Assembly (NCBI GenBank): GCA_003009755.1
Contig: PXUB01000031.1
Coordinates: 1-28,904 of the forward strand
Origin: Thermoplasmatales archaeon SW_10_69_26
GTDB taxonomy: Archaea > Thermoplasmatota > SW-10-69-26
Length of the DNA stretch: 28,904 bases
Direction of reading: 5' to 3'
Shown: positions 9,083-18,006 of the stretch, in pieces
How the letters are laid out: each line of letters opens with the position of its first letter
Position numbering within the stretch: position 1 is the first letter of the stretch
Program-made: the position numbers and the translations under genes
The notes under the pieces: model-generated
Told to the model about the DNA's origin: nothing
The model's database searches: none
Seen by the model: the letters and a program-made list of their open reading frames with translations, nothing else

Positions 9083-10470
9083 CAGCCGGCACCTCCCAGC
9101 GCGCCGACGCCGGAAGCGGCCAGCCAGAGGCCGACGACCGTGTAGACGACCATGAGGATGGTGACCGGGAGCTCGCTTTTCAGGGCCTGGACGCGACTGG
9201 CGAAGGATCCGAAGGCGACCTCGTGGGCGCCGACGACGGCGAGCACGTGCGCGAGCACGACGAGGGTCATCTGGAAGGCGACGATGCGCGTCCCCCAGGC
9301 GGCCGGGATCGTCCAGGCCACGGCCTCGGCCGGGCCAAGGGCGAGGGGGTCGGACAGCGTCTCCCACAGCAACGGGAGGGCCTCGTAGAGGTAGGGGCCG
9401 GCGTGGGCGAGGTGGTAGCCGGCGGCGATCGGCACAAGGCCCACCGCCAAGCGGGCCCCGACGCGGCCCAGCGGGCGAAGGGAGCCGGCCACGCGCCGGG
9501 CGGCCTCGGCGCAGGCCCAGAAGGCTGCGAGGAACAGGGCCAACCCGAGGACCAGCAGCCCGAGGTGGGCCAGGGTCCCCCCGCCCAGGCGCGCGATCCC
9601 GGCTCGACCGGGCGGGGTGGCGAGGAACCCGTCGAAGTTGACCCCGTACAAGAGCACGATCAGGAAGCTGGCCCCGGCCGCGCCGCGGGCCTGCTTGTCG
9701 CCCATGCGAGCCAGCGGGTTGGTGATCTGGACGCCCTCGTCCGTCAGCTGGAGGGGAGCCATCGTGGACCACCATGCGAACACGCGGTCGAACACCTCGA
9801 CCTCGGCCAGCCAGACCCGCGAGCCGAACACCATCATGCCGAGCACGGTGAAGGCGCTGTAGGCGATCGCCAGGCGGGCGAGCACGATGGCGTCCTGGCC
9901 AGGGGTGACGATCTCGAGGCCGACGAGCGCCACGAGCAGGATCACGGACGGCCAGGCGCCGACCTCGCGTGGGTAGCGGTAGGGGCGCTCGTCGGCTCGC
10001 AGGGTCTCGGCGACGCCGGCCAGGGCGCGGAACGGGCTGACGAGCAGCCAGAGGTTGCCGACGAGGTAGCAGACCAGCGGCAGGGCGGTCCACGTGCCCA
10101 GCCAGACCAACCGCGGGCCAGCCCAGCCGAAGTTCCACGGGCTCAGCCCGGGCGCGAGCACGCCCAGCCAGAGGATCAAACCGGCCACGCGGGCGACGCC
10201 GACGAGGCCTCGGGGCAGGCCGGTCACGTCGCCGGGACCGATCGGTTCGGCCTCGCCGGGGTTCCGTGGGTCCGATCGGGTGAGGAAGACGCCGACGAGG
10301 GCGAAGGACAAGGCCACGACGCCGGCGCCGGCGACCCACACGATCCAGATCGGGAGGCTGGCGGCCGACACGTCGGCCCCCGTGCCGCCGGCGTGCGCGA
10401 GGGCCGGCATCGCCACGGCCACCAGGCTGAGGACGGCGGCGAGGACGGGAGGCCGGTCCCTCGCGGGCAT
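9082..10470 (-). CDS. Polytopic membrane protein (family often loosely annotated fenitrothion hydrolase-like)
   Basis: About 11-12 hydrophobic segments with FDGF, LVPIAAGYHLAH, HVLAVVGAH and MVVYTVVGLW motifs; signal-like N-terminus ending PALAH. Confidence 0.8.
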   Translation of the reverse strand: MPARDRPPVLAAVLSLVAVAMPALAHAGGTGADVSAASLPIWIVWVAGAGVVALSFALVGVFLTRSDPRNPGEAEPIGPGDVTGLPRGLVGVARVAGLILWLGVLAPGLSPWNFGWAGPRLVWLGTWTALPLVCYLVGNLWLLVSPFRALAGVAETLRADERPYRYPREVGAWPSVILLVALVGLEIVTPGQDAIVLARLAIAYSAFTVLGMMVFGSRVWLAEVEVFDRVFAWWSTMAPLQLTDEGVQITNPLARMGDKQARGAAGASFLIVLLYGVNFDGFLATPPGRAGIARLGGGTLAHLGLLVLGLALFLAAFWACAEAARRVAGSLRPLGRVGARLAVGLVPIAAGYHLAHAGPYLYEALPLLWETLSDPLALGPAEAVAWTIPAAWGTRIVAFQMTLVVLAHVLAVVGAHEVAFGSFASRVQALKSELPVTILMVVYTVVGLWLAASGVGALGGAG

Positions 10471-10594
10471 CGCGGCACCGGTTAGGGGCGGGCCCATATC
10501 AGGCTGTCGGGACCGGCGGGGTCGGCTGGGCCTGCTTGGGGTCGCCCTCGCGGACCCGACGGGTTTTTCGTGGGGGAGCCCGGCTGGCGGGCCC

Positions 10595-11367
10595 GTGGTC
10601 GCAGGCACGTCGACCTCCGAGCCGACGAGGGCCGAGAGCGTGGGCGCCGTCGTCGAGCTCGTCCGCCCCGGCAACGTCGTCATGGCGGGCGTGGGCGCGA
10701 TCGTTGGGGCCCTCGTCGCTGCCGGTCCCGGCGCCTGGCTCAGCGTGGCCGCCGCCGCGCTGGCGACCGCGCTCGTGACGGCCGGCGGCAACGCGGTGAA
10801 CGACGTCACCGATCGCCGGATCGACGAGCGCGCCCACCCGGGACGACCGATCCCCTCGGGGCGGTTGTCGGCCAAGGCGGCCAGCGCGATCGCGGCCGCG
10901 GCCTTCGCCCTCGCGTTGGGGCTGGCCGCCGGGGTGTCGTGGCCGCTGGTGGCCGTCGTCGCGGCGGCCCAAGTCCTGTTGATCGGGTACGAGGGCCTGT
11001 GGAAGGCCCGTGGGTTGGTCGGCAACGTCGTGGTCGCGAGCCTCGTGGGGGCGACGTTCGTCGCCGGCGCGGTGGCCGTCGGCCGCGTGACGCCGCCCGT
11101 GGGCTTTTTAGCTGGCTTGGCCTTCTTGGCGAACGTGGCTCGGGAAGTCTGGGGTTGGCGAGCGCGTTGACGCTCGGCGCCGTCGGGCTCTCCGTGCTGG
11201 CCTTGCTGGTCGAGTTCGGCGGCTGGGTGTTCGCTCTCGTCGTCGGCCTCGCCGATGCCGTGTTCCTGGCGGCCGTGTTCGCCCAGACCCCGGCCCGGGC
11301 CCAACGGCTGTCCAAGCGAGCCATGCTGGCCGCCCTGGTCGCTTTCGCCCTTGGTGGAACGCTATGA
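10595..11367 (+). pseudogene. Digeranylgeranylglyceryl phosphate (DGGGP) synthase, UbiA family, with an internal deletion and frameshift near 11150 (could be an assembly error)
   Basis: LVRPGN, NAVNDVTDRRID and PGRPIPSGR are present. After AREVW the expected KDxxDxxGD motif is absent and the C-terminus continues in another frame (LASALTL...SKRAMLAALVAFALG). Confidence 0.8.
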
Positions 11368-12107
11368 CCGTCTGGTCCGAGCTCACGCGCGATCGAGACA
11401 ACCGCCCGCTGCACGCCACGTTGATCGACCCCGCCTCGACCCCGGGTGAGGAGGCTCGCCCGATCGCCGAGGCCGCCGCCGACGCCGGCAGCGACCTGTT
11501 CCTGCTCGGCGGGTCCACGGACGTCTCCAAGTCCGACGTCCAGGAGTGTGTGGAGGCGATCGAGGAGGTGGCCGAGGTGCCCGTGTTCCTGTTCCCCTCC
11601 GGGTCCGACCAGTTCGCGCCCGGTCTCGACGGTCTGTTGTTCACGCTGACGGTGAACTCGACGCGGCCCGAGCTCATCGTCGAGGAGCCGGCCAAGGGGG
11701 CGACCCCGGTCCGCAAGTCGGGCCTGGAGGCCGTGACGACGGCCTACGTGATCGTCGAGCCCGGCATGACGGTCGGCGAGGTCGCCGAGGCCAACCTCGT
11801 CACGCGCGACATCGAGGGCTGCCAGCGCGCCGCCCGGTATGCATCCCTGGCCGACGTGCTCGGCCTCGACGCGATCTACCTCGAGGCCGGCAGCGGCGCG
11901 CCCGATCCCGTGCCCGAGGACATGATCGAGGCCGCCGCCGAGCCCGACGTCCCCATGATCGTCGGGGGCGGCATCCGTTCGCCCGAGGCCGCCGCCGAGG
12001 CGGCCCGCGCGGGAGCAGACCTGATCGTGACGGGCACGCTGGCCGAGGACGGGGACCTCGAGGAGCTCGAGGCCCTCATCGAGCGGCTGGGCAAGGTACA
12101 GGGTTGA
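11364..12107 (+). CDS. Geranylgeranylglyceryl phosphate (GGGP) synthase, PcrB family, group II-like
   Basis: HATLIDP, LGGST, VFLFPS, YLEAGSGA, IVGGGIR and IVTGT motifs; ATGA overlap with the DGGGP synthase C-terminal frame. Confidence 0.93.
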   Translation: MTVWSELTRDRDNRPLHATLIDPASTPGEEARPIAEAAADAGSDLFLLGGSTDVSKSDVQECVEAIEEVAEVPVFLFPSGSDQFAPGLDGLLFTLTVNSTRPELIVEEPAKGATPVRKSGLEAVTTAYVIVEPGMTVGEVAEANLVTRDIEGCQRAARYASLADVLGLDAIYLEAGSGAPDPVPEDMIEAAAEPDVPMIVGGGIRSPEAAAEAARAGADLIVTGTLAEDGDLEELEALIERLGKVQG

Positions 12108-12152
12108 GCCACCAGCGGCCCCGAGCGGCCGAGGTTGTTCCGGCGAATCCAG

Positions 12153-12193
12153 TCATACACCTAAGTATGAGGAACTCATATTGTTGAGTATGA
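12153..12193. promoter_or_regulatory. Two tandem palindromic operators of the vapBC module
   Basis: TCATAC-N6-GTATGA (12153-12170) and TCATAT-N6-GTATGA (12176-12193); the second overlaps the antitoxin ATG. Confidence 0.8.
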
Positions 12194-12459
12194 TCGACCT
12201 CGAGGCGAAGGTCGGCGCTCGGGGCCAGGCCGTGATCCCGAAGCCGATCCGAGACCAGATGGGCATCCAACCGGGGGACCAGGTCTCGTTCCGCATCGAG
12301 GACGGACGGATCGTCGTCGAGAAGGTCGACCCCGACGAGCTGTTGGACGAGTTCCTCTCAGCCTACGAGAAACGCCAGCTCCCCGAGGACGTCGACTGGG
12401 ATCGCGAGCATGGGTCCCAGTACGACCAGCGCTTCGATCGCGCCCGTCAGGAGGACTGA
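12190..12459 (+). CDS. vapB: AbrB/MazE/SpoVT-family antitoxin (VapB)
   Basis: KVGARGQAVIPKPIRDQMGIQPGDQVSF swapped-hairpin signature, directly upstream of a PIN gene. Confidence 0.92.
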   Translation: MIDLEAKVGARGQAVIPKPIRDQMGIQPGDQVSFRIEDGRIVVEKVDPDELLDEFLSAYEKRQLPEDVDWDREHGSQYDQRFDRARQED

Positions 12460-12461
12460 CG

Positions 12462-12878
12462 GTGCGCTACTTGGATGCGAACGTGTTCGTGTTCGCGGTC
12501 CTCGACGAAGGACCCCGCGGCGAGAGAGCCCGCGCGCTCCTACGAAAGGTCGTCGGAGAGGATGGCCGAGCTGCAACGTCCACGCTTGCGATCGACGAGG
12601 TCGTCTGGAGCCTCCAGGGCGAAGGGCCACGCGATGTCGCGATCCAGGAGGGCCAGCGCCTGATGGACTTGCCCAACCTGGAGGTGTTCGATGTCACCGC
12701 CGAGGACACGTTCGATGCTCTGAGTTTGATGGAGGACGAGGACACGCTGGATCCACGAGACGCGATCCACGCCGCCGTCGCCATCAACCACGGCATCTTC
12801 ACCGTCGTCTCCGACGATCCCGACCTCGACGGTCTGCCCGACGTGGAACGTCAGGGACTCGTGGAGACGGCCAATTGA
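12462..12878 (+). CDS. vapC: PIN-domain toxin (VapC)
   Basis: YLDANVF, DEVVW, DAIHAAVA and VSDDPDLD acidic PIN residues. Confidence 0.92.
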   Translation: MRYLDANVFVFAVLDEGPRGERARALLRKVVGEDGRAATSTLAIDEVVWSLQGEGPRDVAIQEGQRLMDLPNLEVFDVTAEDTFDALSLMEDEDTLDPRDAIHAAVAINHGIFTVVSDDPDLDGLPDVERQGLVETAN

Positions 12879-12983
12879 GGCCGTTCCTACCGCCAGCCGG
12901 GGGTTCCGGACACCGGTCACGCCCCACGCCACAGCCCAAGGTTCATCCGACGCCGAGCCCAATAGCACGGCGGAGGCTCACCG

Positions 12984-14438
12984 GTGCGGAGGCTGGCGAT
13001 CGCAGCGCTGACGGTCGCGATGCTCGTCGTCCCGGCCACCCAGAGCCTCGGCTCGACCGACGACGTCCGTCTCGAGCCGGACGCAGACGCACGGCCGGTG
13101 ATCCGCGACAGCATCCACGTCCACGGCGACGACGAGCTGGCCAACCACAGCGCCGTCCGGGACGGCAACGGGACCGCCGAGGACCCCTATCGCATCGCCG
13201 ACTGGGTGCTCCTCCAGGACGAGGTTCCTCTCCTCCGATCAGAGCACCCGGGCCTCTGGCTCGACGGCACCACCGACCACGTGCTCGTCGAGAACCTCGT
13301 CCTCACTCCCGGCTACGCCCAGATCGCGGTCCATCTCGACGGAGCCGAGAACGTCACCCTCCGGGACGTCTGGATCCAGGGAGCCGCCACGGGGCTCCTC
13401 GTCGAAGACAGTGAAACCGTTGACATCGATCGGTTGCTCGTCGACCCTCCTCGTGGCTATCCGCTCGGCTTCGATCGGGCGATCCGCGTCTTCAAAAGCC
13501 ACGACATCACCGTCGCTAACGCCCACGTGGACCACGCCGACAACCCGCTGTGGATCGACGCCAACGAGGGGGTCCGCGTCGAGGACTCGACGTTCCGCTC
13601 GGAGGGCTTCCTCGGGGATAGCCCCGACTGGGGCGGCAGCCCGCTTTCCAACTCCACCGACGTCACGATCGCCCGGTCCCTGTTCAACAACACCGGGTTC
13701 TGGCCCCAGCACGAGATGGAAGAGGTGAGGTTCGCCTACAACGAGTTCGTCGCAGGCCCCTATTTTTTGAGCGGATTGAGCCACGAGACCACGATCGCGA
13801 CCGGGGAGGTTTGTGGCAACCTCGTCCGGAACGCTACCGCGATCAGTCAGCCCGCTGTCGATCTCGACCTGAACGGAGGATCGTCCGTCTCGGTCCGAGG
13901 GAACGTGATCGTGGACAACGTTGAGGGGGTCCTTGTCCGCGAAGTCGACCAGGCGTCCGTCCGGCGGAACGTCGTCGTCGGCAACTCGGAGTTCGGCGTC
14001 GCCGTCAACAGCGAGGATGCCGACGTGCAAGACAACAGCGTCCACGGGAACGGCGAGGTGATCTTCGCCTACCCAGCCGATGCTCGCCACAATTGGTGGG
14101 GGGACCCTGAGGGCCCGAACGTGAACGGGACGAACCCCGATGCTGGACAGCTCGTGAACATCTGGGCGGACGTCGAGTTCGATCCTTGGCTGACCTCAGA
14201 CCCCCGATCGGCGGAACCCGCCGAGGTCGGGCCGGCTGCGGTCGATTGCGGCCTTCCCCAGGGCCCGGCCGGGGTCGATGCCGAGCCGAACCTGACCGCC
14301 CGCATCGAGGCCACGGCCGAAACCATCGTGGCCGCCGAGGAGCCACTGGGGCCATGGCCGGTGGACGCCAAGGCCGAAGCTGAGGCCTCGGCAGATGTGG
14401 GCCCGATCCCGGTCCCGCAGCCGACGCGGGATCGGTGA
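12984..14438 (+). CDS. Secreted right-handed parallel beta-helix (NosD/pectin-lyase-like) protein
   Basis: Signal peptide; GNGTAEDPYRI; repeated N-ladder strands (VRGNVIVDN, VRRNVVVGN); NWWGDPEGP and FDPWL cap. Confidence 0.85.
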   Translation: MRRLAIAALTVAMLVVPATQSLGSTDDVRLEPDADARPVIRDSIHVHGDDELANHSAVRDGNGTAEDPYRIADWVLLQDEVPLLRSEHPGLWLDGTTDHVLVENLVLTPGYAQIAVHLDGAENVTLRDVWIQGAATGLLVEDSETVDIDRLLVDPPRGYPLGFDRAIRVFKSHDITVANAHVDHADNPLWIDANEGVRVEDSTFRSEGFLGDSPDWGGSPLSNSTDVTIARSLFNNTGFWPQHEMEEVRFAYNEFVAGPYFLSGLSHETTIATGEVCGNLVRNATAISQPAVDLDLNGGSSVSVRGNVIVDNVEGVLVREVDQASVRRNVVVGNSEFGVAVNSEDADVQDNSVHGNGEVIFAYPADARHNWWGDPEGPNVNGTNPDAGQLVNIWADVEFDPWLTSDPRSAEPAEVGPAAVDCGLPQGPAGVDAEPNLTARIEATAETIVAAEEPLGPWPVDAKAEAEASADVGPIPVPQPTRDR

Positions 14439-14468
14439 CGGAGGGCCCGGGATGGGTGTGGACCCAGC

Positions 14469-14717
14469 TTAGGGCCCGACGTCGCGACGGCGGATCTTCT
14501 CGATGTCGTGGTCGTCGGTCTCGATCTTGACGACCGCGCGGTTGGCCGCGACGAGGATCTTGTCGAGCCCGATCTCCTCGCTGACCTGGGCCGGGAACGT
14601 GACGTGCACGTCCAGCTTGCGGCCATCGATCTCGAACGGTTGCTCGATCGTGACGGGGCCCTTGGGTGGGCCGGTCTCGTCGCCGGCGTCCGGGTCGGGA
14701 GCGTCGACCTCGACCAC
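14469..14717 (-). CDS. Small hypothetical protein at the end of the hbd-crt operon
   Basis: GTG start 2 bp after the crotonase stop; acidic composition and host-like codon usage. Confidence 0.65.
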   Translation of the reverse strand: MVEVDAPDPDAGDETGPPKGPVTIEQPFEIDGRKLDVHVTFPAQVSEEIGLDKILVAANRAVVKIETDDHDIEKIRRRDVGP

Positions 14718-14719
14718 GC

Positions 14720-15502
14720 TTATTCTCCCTTGAACTCGGGCTGGCGGTTCTCGGTGAACGCCTCGAGACCCTCCTGGAGGTCGTGGCTCTCGGCGATCTC
14801 GCTCATGCCTTCGAGCACGAGGCCGAAGCCCTCCTCGAGGCTGGTCTCCATGCCCTTGTTGATGGCCTCCTTGGCCTTCGAGACGGCCAGCGGGCTGGCG
14901 CGCACGCTGACGCGTTTGGCCATGTCCATCGAGGCGCGGACCTCGTCCCCGTCGGGCACGACCTTGTTCACCAGACCGATGCGTTGGGCCTGCTGGGCGT
15001 TGATCATCTGGCCGGTGTAGATGAGCTCTTTAGCCTTGGCCGTGCCCACGATGCGGGGCAGGCGGAGCACGCCACCCCACGCCGGGACGAGGCCCAGCGT
15101 GGTCTCGGGAGCGCCGAAGCGGGCGCGGTCGCTGGAGAAGCGCAGATCGCACGCCAGCGACAGCTCGAGCCCGCCGCCGAGGCAGAGGTTGTTGACGGCG
15201 GCGATCACGGGATGCTCGAACGTGTGGATCTTCTGGAACACCTCGGTGCCCAGCTTGACGTTCGAGGCGGCGTCCTCGGGGCTCATCTGGCTCATCTCGT
15301 TGACGTCGGCACCGGCGCAGAAGGCGTCGTTGCCGGAGCCGGTGATGACGACGGCGTGGACGTCGTCGTTGCCCTCCAGTTCGTCGAACGTGCCGTCGAG
15401 GGCCTTCAGCATGCCCTGCGAGAGCGCGTTGACGGGCGGGTTGTCTAGGGTGAGCTTGGCGATCGGTCCGTCGATGTCGGTTCGAACGAGGTCGTCACTC
15501 AT
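14720..15502 (-). CDS. crt: Enoyl-CoA hydratase (crotonase)
   Basis: PPVNAL, AFCAGADV, PVIAAVN..CLGGGLELSLACDLR and FGAPETTLGLVP; both catalytic Glu present. Confidence 0.95.
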   Translation of the reverse strand: MSDDLVRTDIDGPIAKLTLDNPPVNALSQGMLKALDGTFDELEGNDDVHAVVITGSGNDAFCAGADVNEMSQMSPEDAASNVKLGTEVFQKIHTFEHPVIAAVNNLCLGGGLELSLACDLRFSSDRARFGAPETTLGLVPAWGGVLRLPRIVGTAKAKELIYTGQMINAQQAQRIGLVNKVVPDGDEVRASMDMAKRVSVRASPLAVSKAKEAINKGMETSLEEGFGLVLEGMSEIAESHDLQEGLEAFTENRQPEFKGE

Positions 15503-15522
15503 GGGGATCCTCCCTGGGAACG

Positions 15523-16497
15523 TCACTCGGAGTACTCGTAGAAGCCCCGGCCGGATTTCTTCCCGAGCCGGCCGAGCTCGTACAGCTTGTCGATGATCTG
15601 CGGTTCGCGCTGGTAACCGGCCTGGCCTTGCTCCTTGAGGCCTTCCTGGACGTGGTGGACGACGTCGATGCCGACGTGGTCGGCGAGCTCGAGCGGGCCC
15701 ATCGGCCAGCCGAGTCCAGTTTTGACGGCCTTGTCGATGTCGGTCTTGGAGGCCTTGCCCTCCTCGTAGATGAGGAAGGCCTCGGATTGGGCGCGGGCCA
15801 GGATCCGGTTGGCGATGAAGCCGGGGGTCTCCTCGACCTCGACCGGCTGCATCGGGTAGCGGTGGTTGTTCAGCTCCTCGGCGAAGTTCATCACGTTCTC
15901 GACGACGCTGTCGTGCGTCTCGAGCGCGGGAACGATCTCGACGAGCGGGAGCTGCTGGGGCGGGTTGAAGAAGTGCATGCCCAGCACCTTCTGCCGACGA
16001 TCCTCGACGCCGGCGCTGATCTCGGTGATGGACAGCACGCTCGTGTTCGTGCAAAGGGGCACGTGGCGTTCGGTGGCCTCTTCGAGGTCGGCGAAGACCT
16101 GCTGTTTGACGTCCATGTCCTCGACGACGGCCTCGATGACGATGTCGACGTCCTCGAAGTCGTCGTAGTCCGTCGTCGGTTGGATGCGCTCGTAGATCCG
16201 GTCGGCGCGCTCGCGATCGTAGGTGGGCGATTCGACCTCGCGGATCGTCTCCTTCTGATCGTCGGTGAGATCGATCCGGTACTCGTCCTCGATCTCCTCG
16301 ATCGCCTGGTCGGCCTTGGTCTCGTGGTAGTCGACGAGGTCGTCGAGGATGCCCTCGATGGTCTGCATCCCCTGCTTGACCTGTTGCTCGTCGACGTCTT
16401 TCATCACGACCTCGTGCCCGTTGACAGCCATCAACTCGGCGATGCGGGCACCCATCGTTCCGGCGCCCACGACACCGACCTTCTCGACGAACATCAT
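15523..16497 (-). CDS. hbd: 3-hydroxyacyl-CoA dehydrogenase
   Basis: GVVGAGTMG, IEAVVED, GMHFFNPP, PGFIANRIL, PMGPLELAD.VGID and LGKKSGRGFY motifs. Confidence 0.95.
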   Translation of the reverse strand: MMFVEKVGVVGAGTMGARIAELMAVNGHEVVMKDVDEQQVKQGMQTIEGILDDLVDYHETKADQAIEEIEDEYRIDLTDDQKETIREVESPTYDRERADRIYERIQPTTDYDDFEDVDIVIEAVVEDMDVKQQVFADLEEATERHVPLCTNTSVLSITEISAGVEDRRQKVLGMHFFNPPQQLPLVEIVPALETHDSVVENVMNFAEELNNHRYPMQPVEVEETPGFIANRILARAQSEAFLIYEEGKASKTDIDKAVKTGLGWPMGPLELADHVGIDVVHHVQEGLKEQGQAGYQREPQIIDKLYELGRLGKKSGRGFYEYSE

Positions 16498-16584
16498 AGA
16501 GAGACCACCGAGCCATACTCCTAAGCCGCCATCCGTTGATAAAGGGTTCCCCACTGGCTTCTACGCTGCGGAGTAGTAGAAGCA

Positions 16585-16975
16585 AGAGCGGCCGGCGTGT
16601 GCCTCGACGGGGACCGACCTTGGGACCTCCAGGTTCACGACGACCGGATGTTCCGCCGGGGGGTCGCCGAAGGCAACCTGGGCCTGGGCGAGAGCTACAT
16701 GGACGCTTGATGGGACTGCTGGGGCTGGACGAGTTCATCTGCCGCGTCCAACGCGAACGCCTCGACGAGACGGTCCAGCCTGACCCGGCGATGCTGGCCA
16801 GCGTGGCCAAGGCCAAGCTGGCGAACCCGCAACGCCAGGACCGGGCCTGGGAGGTCGGCGCCGAGCACTACGATCTCGGCAACGACCTCTGCGAGGCGAT
16901 GCTGGCCGAGCGGATGAACGACAGCCGAGCCTGCTGGCGGGACGCGGACACCCTCGGCGAGGCGCCGCAGGATCG
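16585..16975 (+). pseudogene. cfa: 5' remnant of a bacterial-type cyclopropane-fatty-acyl-phospholipid synthase
   Basis: Segments AAGVCLDGDRPWDLQVHDDRMFRR / EGNLGLGESYMDA*WDC / RAWEVGAEHYDLGNDL match the E. coli Cfa N-terminus as recalled; TGA at 16708, two frameshifts, truncated before the SAM-binding motif. Confidence 0.85.
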
Positions 16976-17016
16976 AGGGCGGCTACGAGCCGATCCGGTG
17001 ACGCATGGGGCATCGG

Positions 17017-17955
17017 TCACCACAGCTGGTTGGTCAGGCAGAAGACGCTGCCGCCGGCCTTGCGGAACTCGCTCGTGTCGACGGGGTGCACCGTGTAGCC
17101 CTCGGCGGTCAGCCGGTCGATCGTGGTCGTGTTGGCCTGGTCGATGATCACGTTGTCGCCGTCGGGGCAGTGGAGGTTGGCGGCGAAGCTCGCGCGCGCC
17201 TCCCGCCTCGGGGACCGCCCTCGCCGCTCCCGCAAGCGTCGTCGCCGTCGACCTCGCAATGCCCTCCGGGCATGTCGCGAGGATCCCTGTCGTCTTGGCT
17301 CCTAGCTTTCGACCTCCTGAGGGCGGCGAGAGGTACGCAGATACCGTCCGGCAGTCTAGAACTCGGGGTCGGCCAGCTCGAGCCCGACCACGGGCGCGTC
17401 CGAGATCTCGGCGACGGCCCTCCAGGCTTCGCGGGCGGTGCGGTCGCCGGTGCCGGCGAGCACCAGCCGCCGGTCCCGCAGCCAGAGGAGGTCGCCGCCG
17501 CACTCGAAGGGGGCCACCCCGTCCGGGAGCGGGGTCGACCGGTAGCCGAGGACCTGCAGGTGATCGGCGACGACCGGGACCTCGCCGCGTCGCCCCTCCT
17601 AGCGCATCCATCCAGGAATGAAGGAGGCCTCGCCGTCGGTGGGGTCGGGGTAGGGGAAGGCTGTGCTGCGACAGAAGACGAGGTCGGGCAGGCCGGGCTC
17701 GGGCTCGACGACGGTCGTGGCGAAGCCCAGCGACTCGTAGGTGGCCTTCAGCTGGCGCCACTGGTCGCGAGCCCGCTTGGCGTCGACGTCGTGGAGGTGG
17801 CCGGCTTCGTCCGTGGTGTGCGGGTTGTCCTGGCGCGTGACGGCGAAGTGGCACGGGTCGGCGAGCAGGACCCGCTCGCGGCCCGGTAGCGAGGCGAGCC
17901 CGTCGAGCCGGTCCGGCGCGTCGCCAGGCTGTTCGATGACTCCGGCCTGCGTCAC
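17017..17955 (-). pseudogene. Amidinotransferase/DDAH-arginine-deiminase superfamily pseudogene
   Basis: ARDQWRQL, PGLPDLVF, FECGGD and SEFRKAGGSVFCL motifs; in-frame TAG at 17599-17601 and 17356-17358; the YHLD region is replaced by non-coding sequence. Confidence 0.85.
17214..17334 (-). repeat. Dispersed MITE-like element, copy A
   Basis: Shares the exact 16-mer ACCTCTCGCCGCCCTC and further similarity with 23666-23779; imperfect terminal inverted repeats; internal hairpin at 17252-17282. Confidence 0.55.
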
Positions 17956-18006
17956 GCTCGTGGCGAGCGGTCCCGTGGCCTCGAGCCTGATGGCCCGGGA
18001 GGGGCG

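Noticed and set aside
16708-17601. Selenocysteine or pyrrolysine readthrough of TGA 16708 (cfa) or TAG 17599 (amidinotransferase)
   Set aside because: Both genes carry additional frameshifts, insertions or truncations; the TGA replaces a conserved Trp codon
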